The notes under the pieces: generated by a model
The model's database searches: none
Told to the model about the DNA's origin: nothing
Seen by the model: the letters and a program-made list of their open reading frames with translations, nothing else
Origin: Treponemataceae bacterium
Lineage (GTDB): Bacteria; Spirochaetota; Spirochaetia; Treponematales; Rectinemataceae
DNA: 64,000 nt
NCBI GenBank assembly: GCA_963678065.2
Contig: CAXXVZ010000004.1
Coordinates: 735,414-799,413 of the forward strand
Direction: 5' to 3'
Made by a program: the position numbers and the translations under genes
Shown: positions 40,133 to 49,331 of the stretch, in pieces
How the letters are laid out: each line of letters opens with the position of its first letter
Position numbering within the stretch: the first letter of the stretch is position 1

Positions 40133-41310
40133 AAAAATTACGTTTCGGGATAGCCGGCTCGGGCAAGGTGGCGGGCCTCCACATAAGGGCCATCGCCGCG
40201 GCGTCAGAAGTCGCCGCGGCGGAGGAGATGACGGGGATCGATGGGGCTGCAGGCTGTGCATCCGGCCACTCGGCGGCCGGGGGAGCCGCCAATATCGACA
40301 CCGGCAAAGCCGGCGGCTGCGAGACAGTTGCAGCTTGCAGCCGCGACCAGGCCCGCCGGGAGGCCTTCGCCGCGCGCTACGGCATCGCGGCGCGCGCGAG
40401 CGTCACCGAGATGGCCGAGAAAGACAAGGTCGATGTCGTCCTCATCGCAACGCCCCACCCGAGCCACAGGGAACTCGCCCTGGAAGCCTTCGCCGCGGGT
40501 TGCCACGTCATCGTGGAGAAGCCCATGGCCCTCACGGTGGCCGACTGCGAGGCCATGATCGCAGCGGCGCGGGCCGCGGGCAGGCAGCTCGGAGTGATCA
40601 GTCAGCGGCGCTGGTATCCGTCAGTCCAACGCATCAGGAAGGCAATCGACTCAGGCGACCTGGGCAAACCCGCGATCGGCCAGGTCGTCATGCTCGGCTG
40701 GCGCGACGAGGCCTACTACCGCTCCGACCCCTGGCGCGGCTCCTGGGCTCTGGAGGGAGGAGGCGTCCTTGTGAACCAGGCACCACACCAGTTCGACCTT
40801 CTCGCGTGGTTCATGGGACCAGTCGCGGAAGTCTCGGCCTACTGGGACAATGTCAACCATCCCTACATCGAGGTCGAGGACTCGGCAGTGGCCGCTCTTC
40901 GTTTCAAAAACGGCGGCATGGGCTCCATCCTCGTATCCAACTCGCAGAAACCCGGCATACACGCCAAGGTCCACGTCCATGGCTCGAGCGGAGCTTCGGC
41001 CGGCGTCCAGACTGATGGCGGCGCCATGTTCATCGCCGGCATGAGTTCCGTCCTCGAAGCACCCTACAACGACCTCTGGACCATCCCCGGCCAGGAAGAA
41101 CTCGTCGCCCGGTGGAAGGCCGAGGACGAGGCATTCTTCAGGACGATAGACCCGACCTGGCACTTTTTTTCGGTTCAGATCGCGGATTTCGCGGATGCCC
41201 TGCGCTCGGGCCGGAAGCCCGCGGTGACGGGCGAGGATGGGCTGGAGGCAGTGCGTATCATCGAAGGAATCTACCGCTCCGGACGCGAGGGAAGGCCGGT
41301 CAGGCCCTGA
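40129..41310 (+). CDS. Gfo/Idh/MocA-family oxidoreductase
   Basis: GIAGSG, IATPHPSH, VEKPM, GGGVLVNQAPH, EVEDSA; ATG overlaps the previous stop. Confidence 0.92.
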   Translation: MKKLRFGIAGSGKVAGLHIRAIAAASEVAAAEEMTGIDGAAGCASGHSAAGGAANIDTGKAGGCETVAACSRDQARREAFAARYGIAARASVTEMAEKDKVDVVLIATPHPSHRELALEAFAAGCHVIVEKPMALTVADCEAMIAAARAAGRQLGVISQRRWYPSVQRIRKAIDSGDLGKPAIGQVVMLGWRDEAYYRSDPWRGSWALEGGGVLVNQAPHQFDLLAWFMGPVAEVSAYWDNVNHPYIEVEDSAVAALRFKNGGMGSILVSNSQKPGIHAKVHVHGSSGASAGVQTDGGAMFIAGMSSVLEAPYNDLWTIPGQEELVARWKAEDEAFFRTIDPTWHFFSVQIADFADALRSGRKPAVTGEDGLEAVRIIEGIYRSGREGRPVRP

Positions 41311-41340
41311 AGCTAAGTCCGGCGCGCTGACCTTCGACAT

Positions 41341-41383
41341 AAAACTAAGGGGCTGCCCGGATTTCATGTACGGGCAGCCCCTT
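41341..41383. terminator. Rho-independent terminator between convergent genes
   Basis: aaggggctgcccg-N11-cgggcagcccctt perfect 13-bp stem; short T run on minus strand. Confidence 0.75.
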
Positions 41384-41409
41384 CCGACCGTTTCCCGGCC
41401 GCATTCCGC

Positions 41410-43485
41410 TCATCCGAAAATGTGGTAGACCGCGATGATCGGCGCGAAAAGACTCGACACGAGCGTCATCACGGTGATGAGCGTATTGATGGAAGGCCCA
41501 GCAGTGTCCTTGAAGGGATCTCCGACCGTATCGCCGACGACGGCCGCTTTGTGGGCGTCCGAGCCGGGCCCGCCGCAGTTGCCGGCCTCCACATACTTCT
41601 TCGCATTGTCCCAGAGCCCGCCCGAGTTGGACATGAACAGGGCGAAAATCACTCCGACGAATATCGCTCCGCCGAGGAAACCGCCAAGAGCCGCCGGCCC
41701 CAGGATGAAGCCGACGAGAAGGGGCAAAATGACGGCGAGGATAGCCGGCAGTATGAGTGCCTTCAGCGCGCCAGCGGAGGCAAGACCGATGCAGGTATTG
41801 TAATCGGGGTCCACGGTCCCCTTGAGAATGCCCGGTATCTCGCGGAACTGGCGGCGGATTTCCTCGATCATCTTGAAGGCGTTCTTCGTCACGGCGAGCA
41901 TGAGGAGGGCGGAAAAAATCGGGGGAATCATGGATCCAAGGAGAACGCCGGAGAGAACCATGGGATCCATCAGATTCAGGATGAGCTGTTGTCCCCCGGG
42001 AAGATACTGTTCGATCTGCTGCTTGTATGCCGCGAAAAGCGCGAGCACCGTGAGCGCCGCGGCGCTTATGGCGAAGCCTTTGGTGATCGCCTTGGCCGTG
42101 TTCCCCGCCGAATCCAGCGTATCGGCGCGCTCCACTACTTCCTTTCCGAGGCCGGCCATCTCGGCGATGCCTTTCGCGTTATCGACGATGGGGCCGTAGG
42201 CATCGTTGGCCACGACCACTCCGGTGAGCGACAGCATGCCGACAGCCGCGATGCCGACGCCATAGATACCGGGAAGCCCGAAGGCTTGAGCGGAAAAGTA
42301 GGAGACCAGAGTCGCGACGACGATGCCGATGATCGATGGCGTGATCGAAATGAATCCGTAAGCGAGCCCGCTTATGATCGTGAGAGCGGAGCCCGACTTG
42401 GCGGTCTCGGCTGTCCTGCGGACGGGCATGAAGGAATCGTCAGTGAAGTAATCGGTGGTAAAACCTATGATCACGCCCACCGCCAGACCGGAAACCGTCG
42501 CGATGAGGGCGCCCGCATTCCAGCCCATTACGAGGAAGAGAACGCTTACGATGACTCCGTAGATGAGGCAGGAGAATACCGTACCCAAGTTGAGCGCCGT
42601 GCCCGGTTTTCCGTTCTTGCCGACACGGACGAGCTGCACTCCCAGAATCGAGGATACGATGCCCGCGATGGCGAGGATGAGCGGCAGCACGGTATAGAAA
42701 ACCTGCGTCTCTGCGGGAAAGGAGAGGAAACCCGTGAATCCTATGAGCATCGCCGCCACGGCCGACGCCACATATGAGTCGAATATGTCGGCCCCCATGC
42801 CGGCGACATCGCCGACATTGTCCCCGACATTGTCGGCGATGACAGCGGGATTGCGCGGATCATCTTCCGGGATGCCGGCCTCGACTTTGCCGACGAGATC
42901 GGCGGCGATATCTGCCGTCTTGGTAAAAATGCCGCCGCCGGCCTTGGCCAGAAGCGCGAGCGACGAGGCTCCGAAGGAAAAACCGAGGACGACTTCGGGA
43001 TCATGGGTCAGGAGGTAGATGGCGCACATTCCGAATACGGCGATGCCGACCATGGCCAGACCGAGGACGGAGCCGGAACGATAGGCGACATCGAATGCCC
43101 TGTTGAGCGATACCTTGGCTGCGGTGGCTGTCCGGACGTTCGCGCGTACGGCGACGGACATGCCGAGATAGCCCGCTATGGCCGAACAGAAAGCTCCGAT
43201 TATGTAGGCCCCTGCCGTCTCGATCCCTCGCGCGAGGCCGAAGCCTTCTTTGTCAAAGGAGAAAACGATAGCCAGAATGATGCCCATAACCACGGCGACG
43301 CCGGTGAGGGCGCTGTAGAGCTTTTTCAGGTAAGCCCATGCGCCGGCCTTGATCGCTTCGGCAATCTTTTGCGCCTTGGGCAAACCTGCATCCTGCTTTT
43401 TTACCCATTGATACATCAGCACGGCAAGCACAAAGGAGAACAGACCGAGAACCATACCAGCATAAAGCCAGAGATCGGCATTCAT
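41410..43485 (-). CDS. hppA: Membrane-integral ion-translocating pyrophosphatase (K+-independent signature)
   Basis: GGGIFTKTADIAADLVGKVEAGIPEDDPRNP, DNVGDNVGD, GNTAKA, GGLWDNAKK, GDTVGDPFKD. Confidence 0.96.
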   Translation of the reverse strand: MNADLWLYAGMVLGLFSFVLAVLMYQWVKKQDAGLPKAQKIAEAIKAGAWAYLKKLYSALTGVAVVMGIILAIVFSFDKEGFGLARGIETAGAYIIGAFCSAIAGYLGMSVAVRANVRTATAAKVSLNRAFDVAYRSGSVLGLAMVGIAVFGMCAIYLLTHDPEVVLGFSFGASSLALLAKAGGGIFTKTADIAADLVGKVEAGIPEDDPRNPAVIADNVGDNVGDVAGMGADIFDSYVASAVAAMLIGFTGFLSFPAETQVFYTVLPLILAIAGIVSSILGVQLVRVGKNGKPGTALNLGTVFSCLIYGVIVSVLFLVMGWNAGALIATVSGLAVGVIIGFTTDYFTDDSFMPVRRTAETAKSGSALTIISGLAYGFISITPSIIGIVVATLVSYFSAQAFGLPGIYGVGIAAVGMLSLTGVVVANDAYGPIVDNAKGIAEMAGLGKEVVERADTLDSAGNTAKAITKGFAISAAALTVLALFAAYKQQIEQYLPGGQQLILNLMDPMVLSGVLLGSMIPPIFSALLMLAVTKNAFKMIEEIRRQFREIPGILKGTVDPDYNTCIGLASAGALKALILPAILAVILPLLVGFILGPAALGGFLGGAIFVGVIFALFMSNSGGLWDNAKKYVEAGNCGGPGSDAHKAAVVGDTVGDPFKDTAGPSINTLITVMTLVSSLFAPIIAVYHIFG

Positions 43486-43557
43486 CGAGTCACTCCATTG
43501 TAGGAATATCGATTATTCATCCCCGCACATTCCGGGAATGGGCGGACCGCCGCTAAA

Positions 43558-43586
43558 AGAATACAACTCCGGATATGTCCTGTAAA
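43558..43586 (-). promoter_or_regulatory. Sigma70-like promoter of hppA
   Basis: TTTACA-17 bp-TATTCT. Confidence 0.5.
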
Positions 43587-43708
43587 TAAAAGCAGATACT
43601 ATTTGCAAGGATTATTTGTTTTCCCGCGCAGGACCAGGACCGGCCGAGCGCTATCACCTTCGCATCGATGAAGGCCTTGCACTCCCTGGTGGAGTGAGGC
43701 GGAATATC

Positions 43709-44152
43709 TCAGCGCTGCGCCTGAACCCGTGCGGCATCCTCGCAGAGCGCCCTGTTGGCTTCGATCCATTCCGGAGGGAGAACCATGCCATGGGCATAGG
43801 GATGCCCCTGGGGATCGACAGTCACGAAGGTGGCGAAGCCCCTGATGGTCGGGCTGGGCTCGTCATTCACGAAAACTTCGGCGCCGACTGTGATGCTCTT
43901 CGTTCCGGCCCTCGCGGGTCTCGCGACGATCTCGACGGAATCGCCCGATTTCGAGGGGCGGGTGAAGGTGAGCCCGTGTATCTTCACGCAGACGAGGTCC
44001 TCCGGTTTGCCGACATATCGCGAGGCCGCGAGAAAACATGATTCAACGAACCATTCGGCCATCCTTCCCGCGAACAGGGTGCCGTGGTGATTGAGATCCT
44101 GGCTTTTGACCAGGCGGGTCGTCCGCGTTTCTTTCAGCATTCTGCGCTCCAT
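43709..44152 (-). CDS. Hotdog-fold acyl-CoA thioesterase
   Basis: DLNHHGTLFAGR, FATFVTVD. Confidence 0.85.
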   Translation of the reverse strand: MERRMLKETRTTRLVKSQDLNHHGTLFAGRMAEWFVESCFLAASRYVGKPEDLVCVKIHGLTFTRPSKSGDSVEIVARPARAGTKSITVGAEVFVNDEPSPTIRGFATFVTVDPQGHPYAHGMVLPPEWIEANRALCEDAARVQAQR

Positions 44153-44203
44153 CGTACGAACCTGGAGGAATTCCTGGACATGGTCAATGCCTCCGGGATG
44201 GCA

Positions 44204-45256
44204 TCAGAACCGGTAGGTGAACTTGCCCGTGACCACGTCGCCCGTCTTGTTCCAGAACGAGGCGCGCTTGAATCCGTACACGACGGATTCGTCGACGACG
44301 GGATCGCCGGAGGACTGCAAAAGCTCGACGTTCTTGAGCTTGAGGTCCTTGGTTACCGTAAAGGAGATCACGATGGGCGTGAGGTTCCGTCCTGTCTTGT
44401 AATCGGCGAGCGTCGCGTCGTAGCCTGCGTCCTCGATGATGCTCCACAAGGGCTCTCTCTGTTCGAGCGGGACGGGCGCCTTCAGCTTCCAGACACCTCC
44501 CGACAACTCATAGAAGACACGGAAGGCCCGCTGCCTGGCTTCGGCAGAGTACATCACAATATTAGGCGGAATAATCTGGGCCGGAATCCTGGTCAGGATG
44601 TTGCCTGGCAATTCGCGCGGCAAAGGCATGGAGAGGTAGATGGGCACATAGATTCCTTGGCCGACCGTTCCCTGGGCCCCGCCCAAAGTGGTTTCCATGG
44701 CATTGCCCTTCTCGGCCTTGGCTATCGTCGTCGAGTCCCCCGTGACTCGGGAGCCTATCGGCCTTTGGCCGGGGATCCATGGTTCGGCGGGGACGGTCGT
44801 GGTCGTAGCGGTGACCACGGGAGTTGTGGATGCGGGTTCGGCGGGAACAGAGGCAGCAGGCTCTGGCTTGATCTCCGGCACCGGTATGGTTGTCGCGGTT
44901 TTCTTGGGGGCTTCCTTGGGAGTCGCAGGCTTCACCGGCTTGGGCTCGGCCTTGGGTTTCACAGGTTCGGGTTTTTTCTCTACCTTCGGCTCTTTCGGCG
45001 CTGCGGGCGGCTCGACGATCGGTTTGTCTTCGCCTGTGGACTGGGGAAGCAGAGCCCCGAGTCCTGGCTGAGCAGCCTCAGGCCCGACCAGATTCACGAT
45101 GACTGTCTTGTTGGTCATACGCAACTGTTTGGGCAGGAAGATGCCGGCAAGGACAAAGAGGCCTACGACCAGAGAGTAGAAAAGGATCGTCAGCCCGAAA
45201 GAAATGGCAAGTCTTTTCCGGTCCTGGGCCGCGATCTCACCCGAGCGTATCGTCAT
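44204..45256 (-). CDS. TonB/TolA-like energy transducer
   Basis: N-terminal TM, Pro/Lys/Glu-rich linker, C-terminal QSSGDPVVD...FTYRF TonB_C-like domain; follows exbBD. Confidence 0.75.
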   Translation of the reverse strand: MTIRSGEIAAQDRKRLAISFGLTILFYSLVVGLFVLAGIFLPKQLRMTNKTVIVNLVGPEAAQPGLGALLPQSTGEDKPIVEPPAAPKEPKVEKKPEPVKPKAEPKPVKPATPKEAPKKTATTIPVPEIKPEPAASVPAEPASTTPVVTATTTTVPAEPWIPGQRPIGSRVTGDSTTIAKAEKGNAMETTLGGAQGTVGQGIYVPIYLSMPLPRELPGNILTRIPAQIIPPNIVMYSAEARQRAFRVFYELSGGVWKLKAPVPLEQREPLWSIIEDAGYDATLADYKTGRNLTPIVISFTVTKDLKLKNVELLQSSGDPVVDESVVYGFKRASFWNKTGDVVTGKFTYRF

Positions 45257-45675
45257 TGCAGGTCCTTGGACTTGCGCGTTATGAGCCCGACGTTCTCGAT
45301 ACCGTTCTCCCGGAATGCGTCGAGAACGGAGATGATGGTCTGGTAGGCAGCTCCCGAGCGACCTTCGAGCACGGCGCGGAGCCCGGTAGCTCCGCCTGAA
45401 CCGCCTATCCGCCCCTTGAGGACGACGGGCAGATTTTTGAGATCAGTCAGGGTCTTGTCGACATAGATCTCGGTGTCGGACATGACCGTCACGCGGAGTT
45501 CCGTCGTTGTGACTGACTGGGCGGTCACCGATGTGGGCAGATCCATCGAGATTCCGGGAGCCGCACGGAATGTCGTCGTGATCATAAAGAAGATGATGAG
45601 TTGGAGAATGACGTCGACAAGCGGCGTCATGTTGATATCGATCTTGGGCTGTAGCCGCCGCCCGCGCGTGATCAT
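45253..45675 (-). CDS. exbD: ExbD/TolR family protein
   Basis: INMTPLVDVILQLIIFFMITT. Confidence 0.9.
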   Translation of the reverse strand: MITRGRRLQPKIDINMTPLVDVILQLIIFFMITTTFRAAPGISMDLPTSVTAQSVTTTELRVTVMSDTEIYVDKTLTDLKNLPVVLKGRIGGSGGATGLRAVLEGRSGAAYQTIISVLDAFRENGIENVGLITRKSKDLQ

Positions 45676-46301
45676 GATTCCTCCCGATCCGTGCCTTGCG
45701 AGTTCTGGAGCATGAGTATGAGCGCGTTGACCTGATTCTCGAGCTTGACGAGGATAAGATTGACGCGGGTTATCAAGTAATTGTAGAAAATTGTGGCAGG
45801 AACCGCGACGACGATACCGCCGACAGTCGTGATGAGAGCTTCCGAGACGCCCGCTGCGAGGGCGGAAGGATCGCTGACCGCGCCAAACCTGCCGAGAACG
45901 CCGAAGGCCCTCATCGTCCCAGTGACCGTTCCGAGGAGGCCGAGGAGGGGCGCGATGTTGGATATGGTGCCGAGGAAGGAGAGGTAGCGCTCAAGGCGCG
46001 GGGCTTCCTGGGCGGCGGCGTCTTTCAGGAGTTCGCGCTGGACGTGTTCCGGATACTTGCGGTTCTCGATCCCGATCTTCATCATGGTCGAGAACGGTGA
46101 AAGATTCTGGTCGCATATGGCCATGGCTTCATTGAAGTGCCCCTCGGCGAGGCTTCCGCGAATCCGCAGGAACAGTTTCTCTTCGTCGACTGAAATCTTG
46201 CGGAGGTACAGGAGCCGCTCGATGATGATAGCACAGGCGATCACAGACAGAGCCATGATGACCCACAGGACCAGGCCGCCCTTTATGATGAAATCCAGCA
46301 T
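45672..46301 (-). CDS. exbB: MotA/TolQ/ExbB proton channel protein
   Basis: APLLGLLGTVTG, GVSEALITT. Confidence 0.9.
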   Translation of the reverse strand: MLDFIIKGGLVLWVIMALSVIACAIIIERLLYLRKISVDEEKLFLRIRGSLAEGHFNEAMAICDQNLSPFSTMMKIGIENRKYPEHVQRELLKDAAAQEAPRLERYLSFLGTISNIAPLLGLLGTVTGTMRAFGVLGRFGAVSDPSALAAGVSEALITTVGGIVVAVPATIFYNYLITRVNLILVKLENQVNALILMLQNSQGTDREES

Positions 46302-46318
46302 GACCGCTCCTTGGAAGC

Positions 46319-46374
46319 AAAATGATGATTCATTATTTTATCGGTAGTATAGCCCTGAAAATATACGATTTCAA
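46319..46374 (-). promoter_or_regulatory. Sigma70 promoter of exbB with a downstream 21-bp AT-rich palindromic operator
   Basis: TTGAAA-17-TATACT (46346-46374); AAAATGATGATTCATTATTTT (46319-46339). Confidence 0.65.
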
Positions 46375-46387
46375 CGCGGATTGTTTT

Positions 46388-46422
46388 AAAAAAAGGCCGG
46401 CGAGGCGCAAACCCCGTCGGCC
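46388..46422 (-). terminator. Rho-independent terminator of the xylFGH-like operon
   Basis: ggccggcgagg...cccgtcggcc stem followed by T7 on minus strand. Confidence 0.7.
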
Positions 46423-46477
46423 ATCCTCCTTTATTGTCCGCGACGGACAAGAAAGTTCCTGTTGATTCGCCGGACTG

Positions 46478-47686
46478 TCAGGCCTTTTTCTTCTTCTTCA
46501 TCTGAATATCGGCATAAACCGCGAGGATCAACACGAGACCTTTTATCAGATATTGCCAGTTCGAGTTGATTCCGACCATCTGGAGGCCGTTCGTGAGGCT
46601 CTGCATGATGAGAGCCCCGACGAGGGCGCCGAAAACCGTGCCTTCGCCGCCTAAGGTCGAGGTGCCGCCAAGGATGCAGCTCGCGATGACGTCGAGCTCG
46701 TAGCCTCCGCCCGCTCCCGTCGTCCCGGCCGCGACATCGGCCGCCAGCATGACGCCCGCGATGCCGGTCAGGGTTCCCATCGCGACGAAGACCCGGAGGA
46801 GCGTCTTCTTGATGTTGATGCCCGAGAGCCTCGCCGCCTCGCGGTTGCCGCCGATCGCGTAGGTGTAGCGGCCGAAGCGCGTGTTCATGGAGAGGTAGGA
46901 CATGAAGATGGCGATACAGCCGAGGATCACGACGAGGACAGGCACGCCCGAGACCACATTGACGATGAGGACGTAGGCGAAGATGAGGGCCGAGAAGGCC
47001 GCGGCCTTGAAGATGTCGGCGGGAAGGGACTTGGGCTCGATCCCATACTTCCTCTTGCCCTTCCGCCCCATGAGGACGAAGGCGAAAATCAGGGCCGAGA
47101 CGAGGATGGCGAGGATGATTCCCGCCAAGGGAGGCAGGCTGCCCTGGGCGAGGTTCGCGAAAACCCTGTTGTTGATCTTGATCGTGAGCCCGTTCGTGAC
47201 GAGGAGGACGCCCGACTTGAAGACGAACATGCCGCCGAGGGTGACGATGAAGGCGGGGACACCGAGGTAGGCCACGACAGCGCCCTGAAGGAAGCCGATG
47301 ATGACGCCGACGCCGATGGAGAGGATGACGGCGATCGCGGCGGTCACGACGGCGCGCGCGGCGGGGTCGATCCCGGGGATGATCGCGACCACGAAGCCAT
47401 CCAGGATGTAGTACTGAAGGTAGGCCGCGATGACGGAGACGAAACCCGCGCCGTAGCCTACCGAGAGGTCGATGCCGCCCGTCACGATGACGAAGACCAT
47501 GCCGCAGGCCATGATGGCGATGATGCCCATCTGCCTGATCACGTTGGCGACGTTGTCCGGCGACCAGAAGCTCGGCTTGGCGATGCCGAAGATGAGCCAG
47601 ATCAGGGCGAGAGCGATGACGAGGGTGTAGGAGCGGAGGTTCTGCCTGAAACTTTTCGACAGCCGTGCGACGAGATTGTTTTCCAT
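46478..47686 (-). CDS. Monosaccharide ABC transporter permease (XylH/GguB-like)
   Basis: GGIDLSVG, GVPAFIVTL, AIGGNREAARLSGI, YELDVIA. Confidence 0.92.
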   Translation of the reverse strand: MENNLVARLSKSFRQNLRSYTLVIALALIWLIFGIAKPSFWSPDNVANVIRQMGIIAIMACGMVFVIVTGGIDLSVGYGAGFVSVIAAYLQYYILDGFVVAIIPGIDPAARAVVTAAIAVILSIGVGVIIGFLQGAVVAYLGVPAFIVTLGGMFVFKSGVLLVTNGLTIKINNRVFANLAQGSLPPLAGIILAILVSALIFAFVLMGRKGKRKYGIEPKSLPADIFKAAAFSALIFAYVLIVNVVSGVPVLVVILGCIAIFMSYLSMNTRFGRYTYAIGGNREAARLSGINIKKTLLRVFVAMGTLTGIAGVMLAADVAAGTTGAGGGYELDVIASCILGGTSTLGGEGTVFGALVGALIMQSLTNGLQMVGINSNWQYLIKGLVLILAVYADIQMKKKKKA

Positions 47687-47691
47687 GGATA

Positions 47692-49236
47692 TCAACTCCT
47701 TCTTTCCGCGATTTCAACGCCCGTCGCGCGGGCCATGATCGATTCCTGGCTGGCGTCCTTCCGGACGAGCAGGCCGTTGGAACGGCCCTCCCACATGACC
47801 ATTATGCGGTCGCTCATGCCGAGCACTTCCTCCAGTTCGGATGAGATCATGATTATCGCGTAACCTTCCTCTGCAAGCTTGTTCATCAGCTTGTAGATCT
47901 CGTATTTTGCCCCGACATCGATGCCTCGCGTCGGATCGTCGAGAATGAGGATGCGCGGCTCGGACATGAGCCACTTGGAAATGACGACTTTCTGCTGATT
48001 GCCGCCCGAGAGATCTTCCACCGTCGTGTTGACGCTGGGCGCCTTGACGGCGAGGCTGCGCGAGCCTTTCTCGCACTGGGCATATTCGGCGTTCTTGTCG
48101 ATCTTCATGAAGGAGGAGAAGCGGTCCAGGTTGGGGAGGCTGATGTTCTGGAGTATGGTCTGGCGCAGGATGAGGCCCTGCCCTTTACGGTCCTCCGGGA
48201 CCATGCTGATCCTGAGTCTCATCGCGTCCCTGGCCGAGCCGATCGCGATGGGCCTGCCCTCCAGCTCGATCGATCCGGAGATGACGACTCCGTACTCGCC
48301 GAAAAGTGTCGATACGAGCTCCGTCCTGCCGGAGCCCATGAGGCCTGCGATGCCGAGAATCTCGCCCCGTCTCAAATCGAAGCTGACACCCTTCAGCACT
48401 TCGCGCGAGGAGTCGGCAGGGTCAAGGGCACGAAGGTCTGAAACCTTGAAGAAGACCTCTCCCGGTTTCCTGTTTCCTTCGGGGAACCGCTCTTTCATCT
48501 CGCGCCCGACCATGAGCCCGACCAGCTTCTCCACGTCGAGTTCCTTCGTCGGCCGGGTGGCCACGACCTTGCCGTCGCGGAGGACGGAGACCGTGTCCGT
48601 GATGCGGAAGAATTCTTCGAGCTTGTGGCTGATGTATATGCAGGTGACGCCCATCGCTTTGAGATTGGCGAGGATTTCCATGAGCTTGTCGACTTCGGCC
48701 TGTGAAAGGGCCGATGTCGGTTCATCGAGGATGAGGACCTTGGCATCCTCGGAGAGGGCCTTGGCGATCTCGGCCATCTGCATCTTGCCGACACCGAGCC
48801 GCTTGACGATCTCGTAAGGCGGGATGGAGAGCCCCAGCCTGTCGAGGAGCTTCCGGGAATCGGAGTAGACTTTGTTCCAGTCTATGGATTGTCCCTTCCT
48901 GGGTTCCTTTCCGAGAAAAATGTTCTCGCCCACCGTCATGTTGGGTATGAGGGTGAGTTCCTGGTAGACGATGGCGATACCATCTTCCATCGCCTGGTGG
49001 ATGGAGTCGCTGGTCAGGATGAGCTCCCGTCCATTGAGGCGCACCAGGCCCGAATAACTGCCGTGCGGGTAGACGCCGCAGAGGATCTTCATGAGGGTGG
49101 ACTTGCCAGCCCCGTTTTCCCCGCACAGACCGTGGATTTCGCCCCGCTTGATCTTGAGGTCGACATTGTTGAGGGCCATGACGCCCGGAAATGTCTTCGT
49201 CACGTTTTCTATTTCGAGAATGTACTCGCCTTCCAT
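47692..49236 (-). CDS. Monosaccharide ABC transporter ATPase (XylG/GguA-like, two ABC modules)
   Basis: GENGAGKST, LDEPT, GLMGSGRTE, LSGGNQQK. Confidence 0.94.
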   Translation of the reverse strand: MEGEYILEIENVTKTFPGVMALNNVDLKIKRGEIHGLCGENGAGKSTLMKILCGVYPHGSYSGLVRLNGRELILTSDSIHQAMEDGIAIVYQELTLIPNMTVGENIFLGKEPRKGQSIDWNKVYSDSRKLLDRLGLSIPPYEIVKRLGVGKMQMAEIAKALSEDAKVLILDEPTSALSQAEVDKLMEILANLKAMGVTCIYISHKLEEFFRITDTVSVLRDGKVVATRPTKELDVEKLVGLMVGREMKERFPEGNRKPGEVFFKVSDLRALDPADSSREVLKGVSFDLRRGEILGIAGLMGSGRTELVSTLFGEYGVVISGSIELEGRPIAIGSARDAMRLRISMVPEDRKGQGLILRQTILQNISLPNLDRFSSFMKIDKNAEYAQCEKGSRSLAVKAPSVNTTVEDLSGGNQQKVVISKWLMSEPRILILDDPTRGIDVGAKYEIYKLMNKLAEEGYAIIMISSELEEVLGMSDRIMVMWEGRSNGLLVRKDASQESIMARATGVEIAERRS

Positions 49237-49277
49237 CGCCGCCCCCTTGCCTCGAGTCCCTCCGGATGTCCGGATAA

Positions 49278-49305
49278 GGAGCCGGCCCCTTTCGGGGCCG
49301 GTTCC
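49278..49305 (-). terminator. Intercistronic hairpin after the SBP gene
   Basis: ggagccggcccc-tttc-ggggccggttcc. Confidence 0.65.
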
Positions 49306-49331
49306 AGTCAAGTTTTCAGATGTTTTCAGAA

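Noticed and set aside
39367..41310. 647-aa ORF suggesting a dehydrogenase fusion
   Set aside because: The upstream part is off-frame within the Zn dehydrogenase; the real start is ATG 40129
43486..43708. Possible cation riboswitch upstream of hppA
   Set aside because: Only short hairpins; no consensus I can recognise (an Infernal/Rfam scan would settle it)
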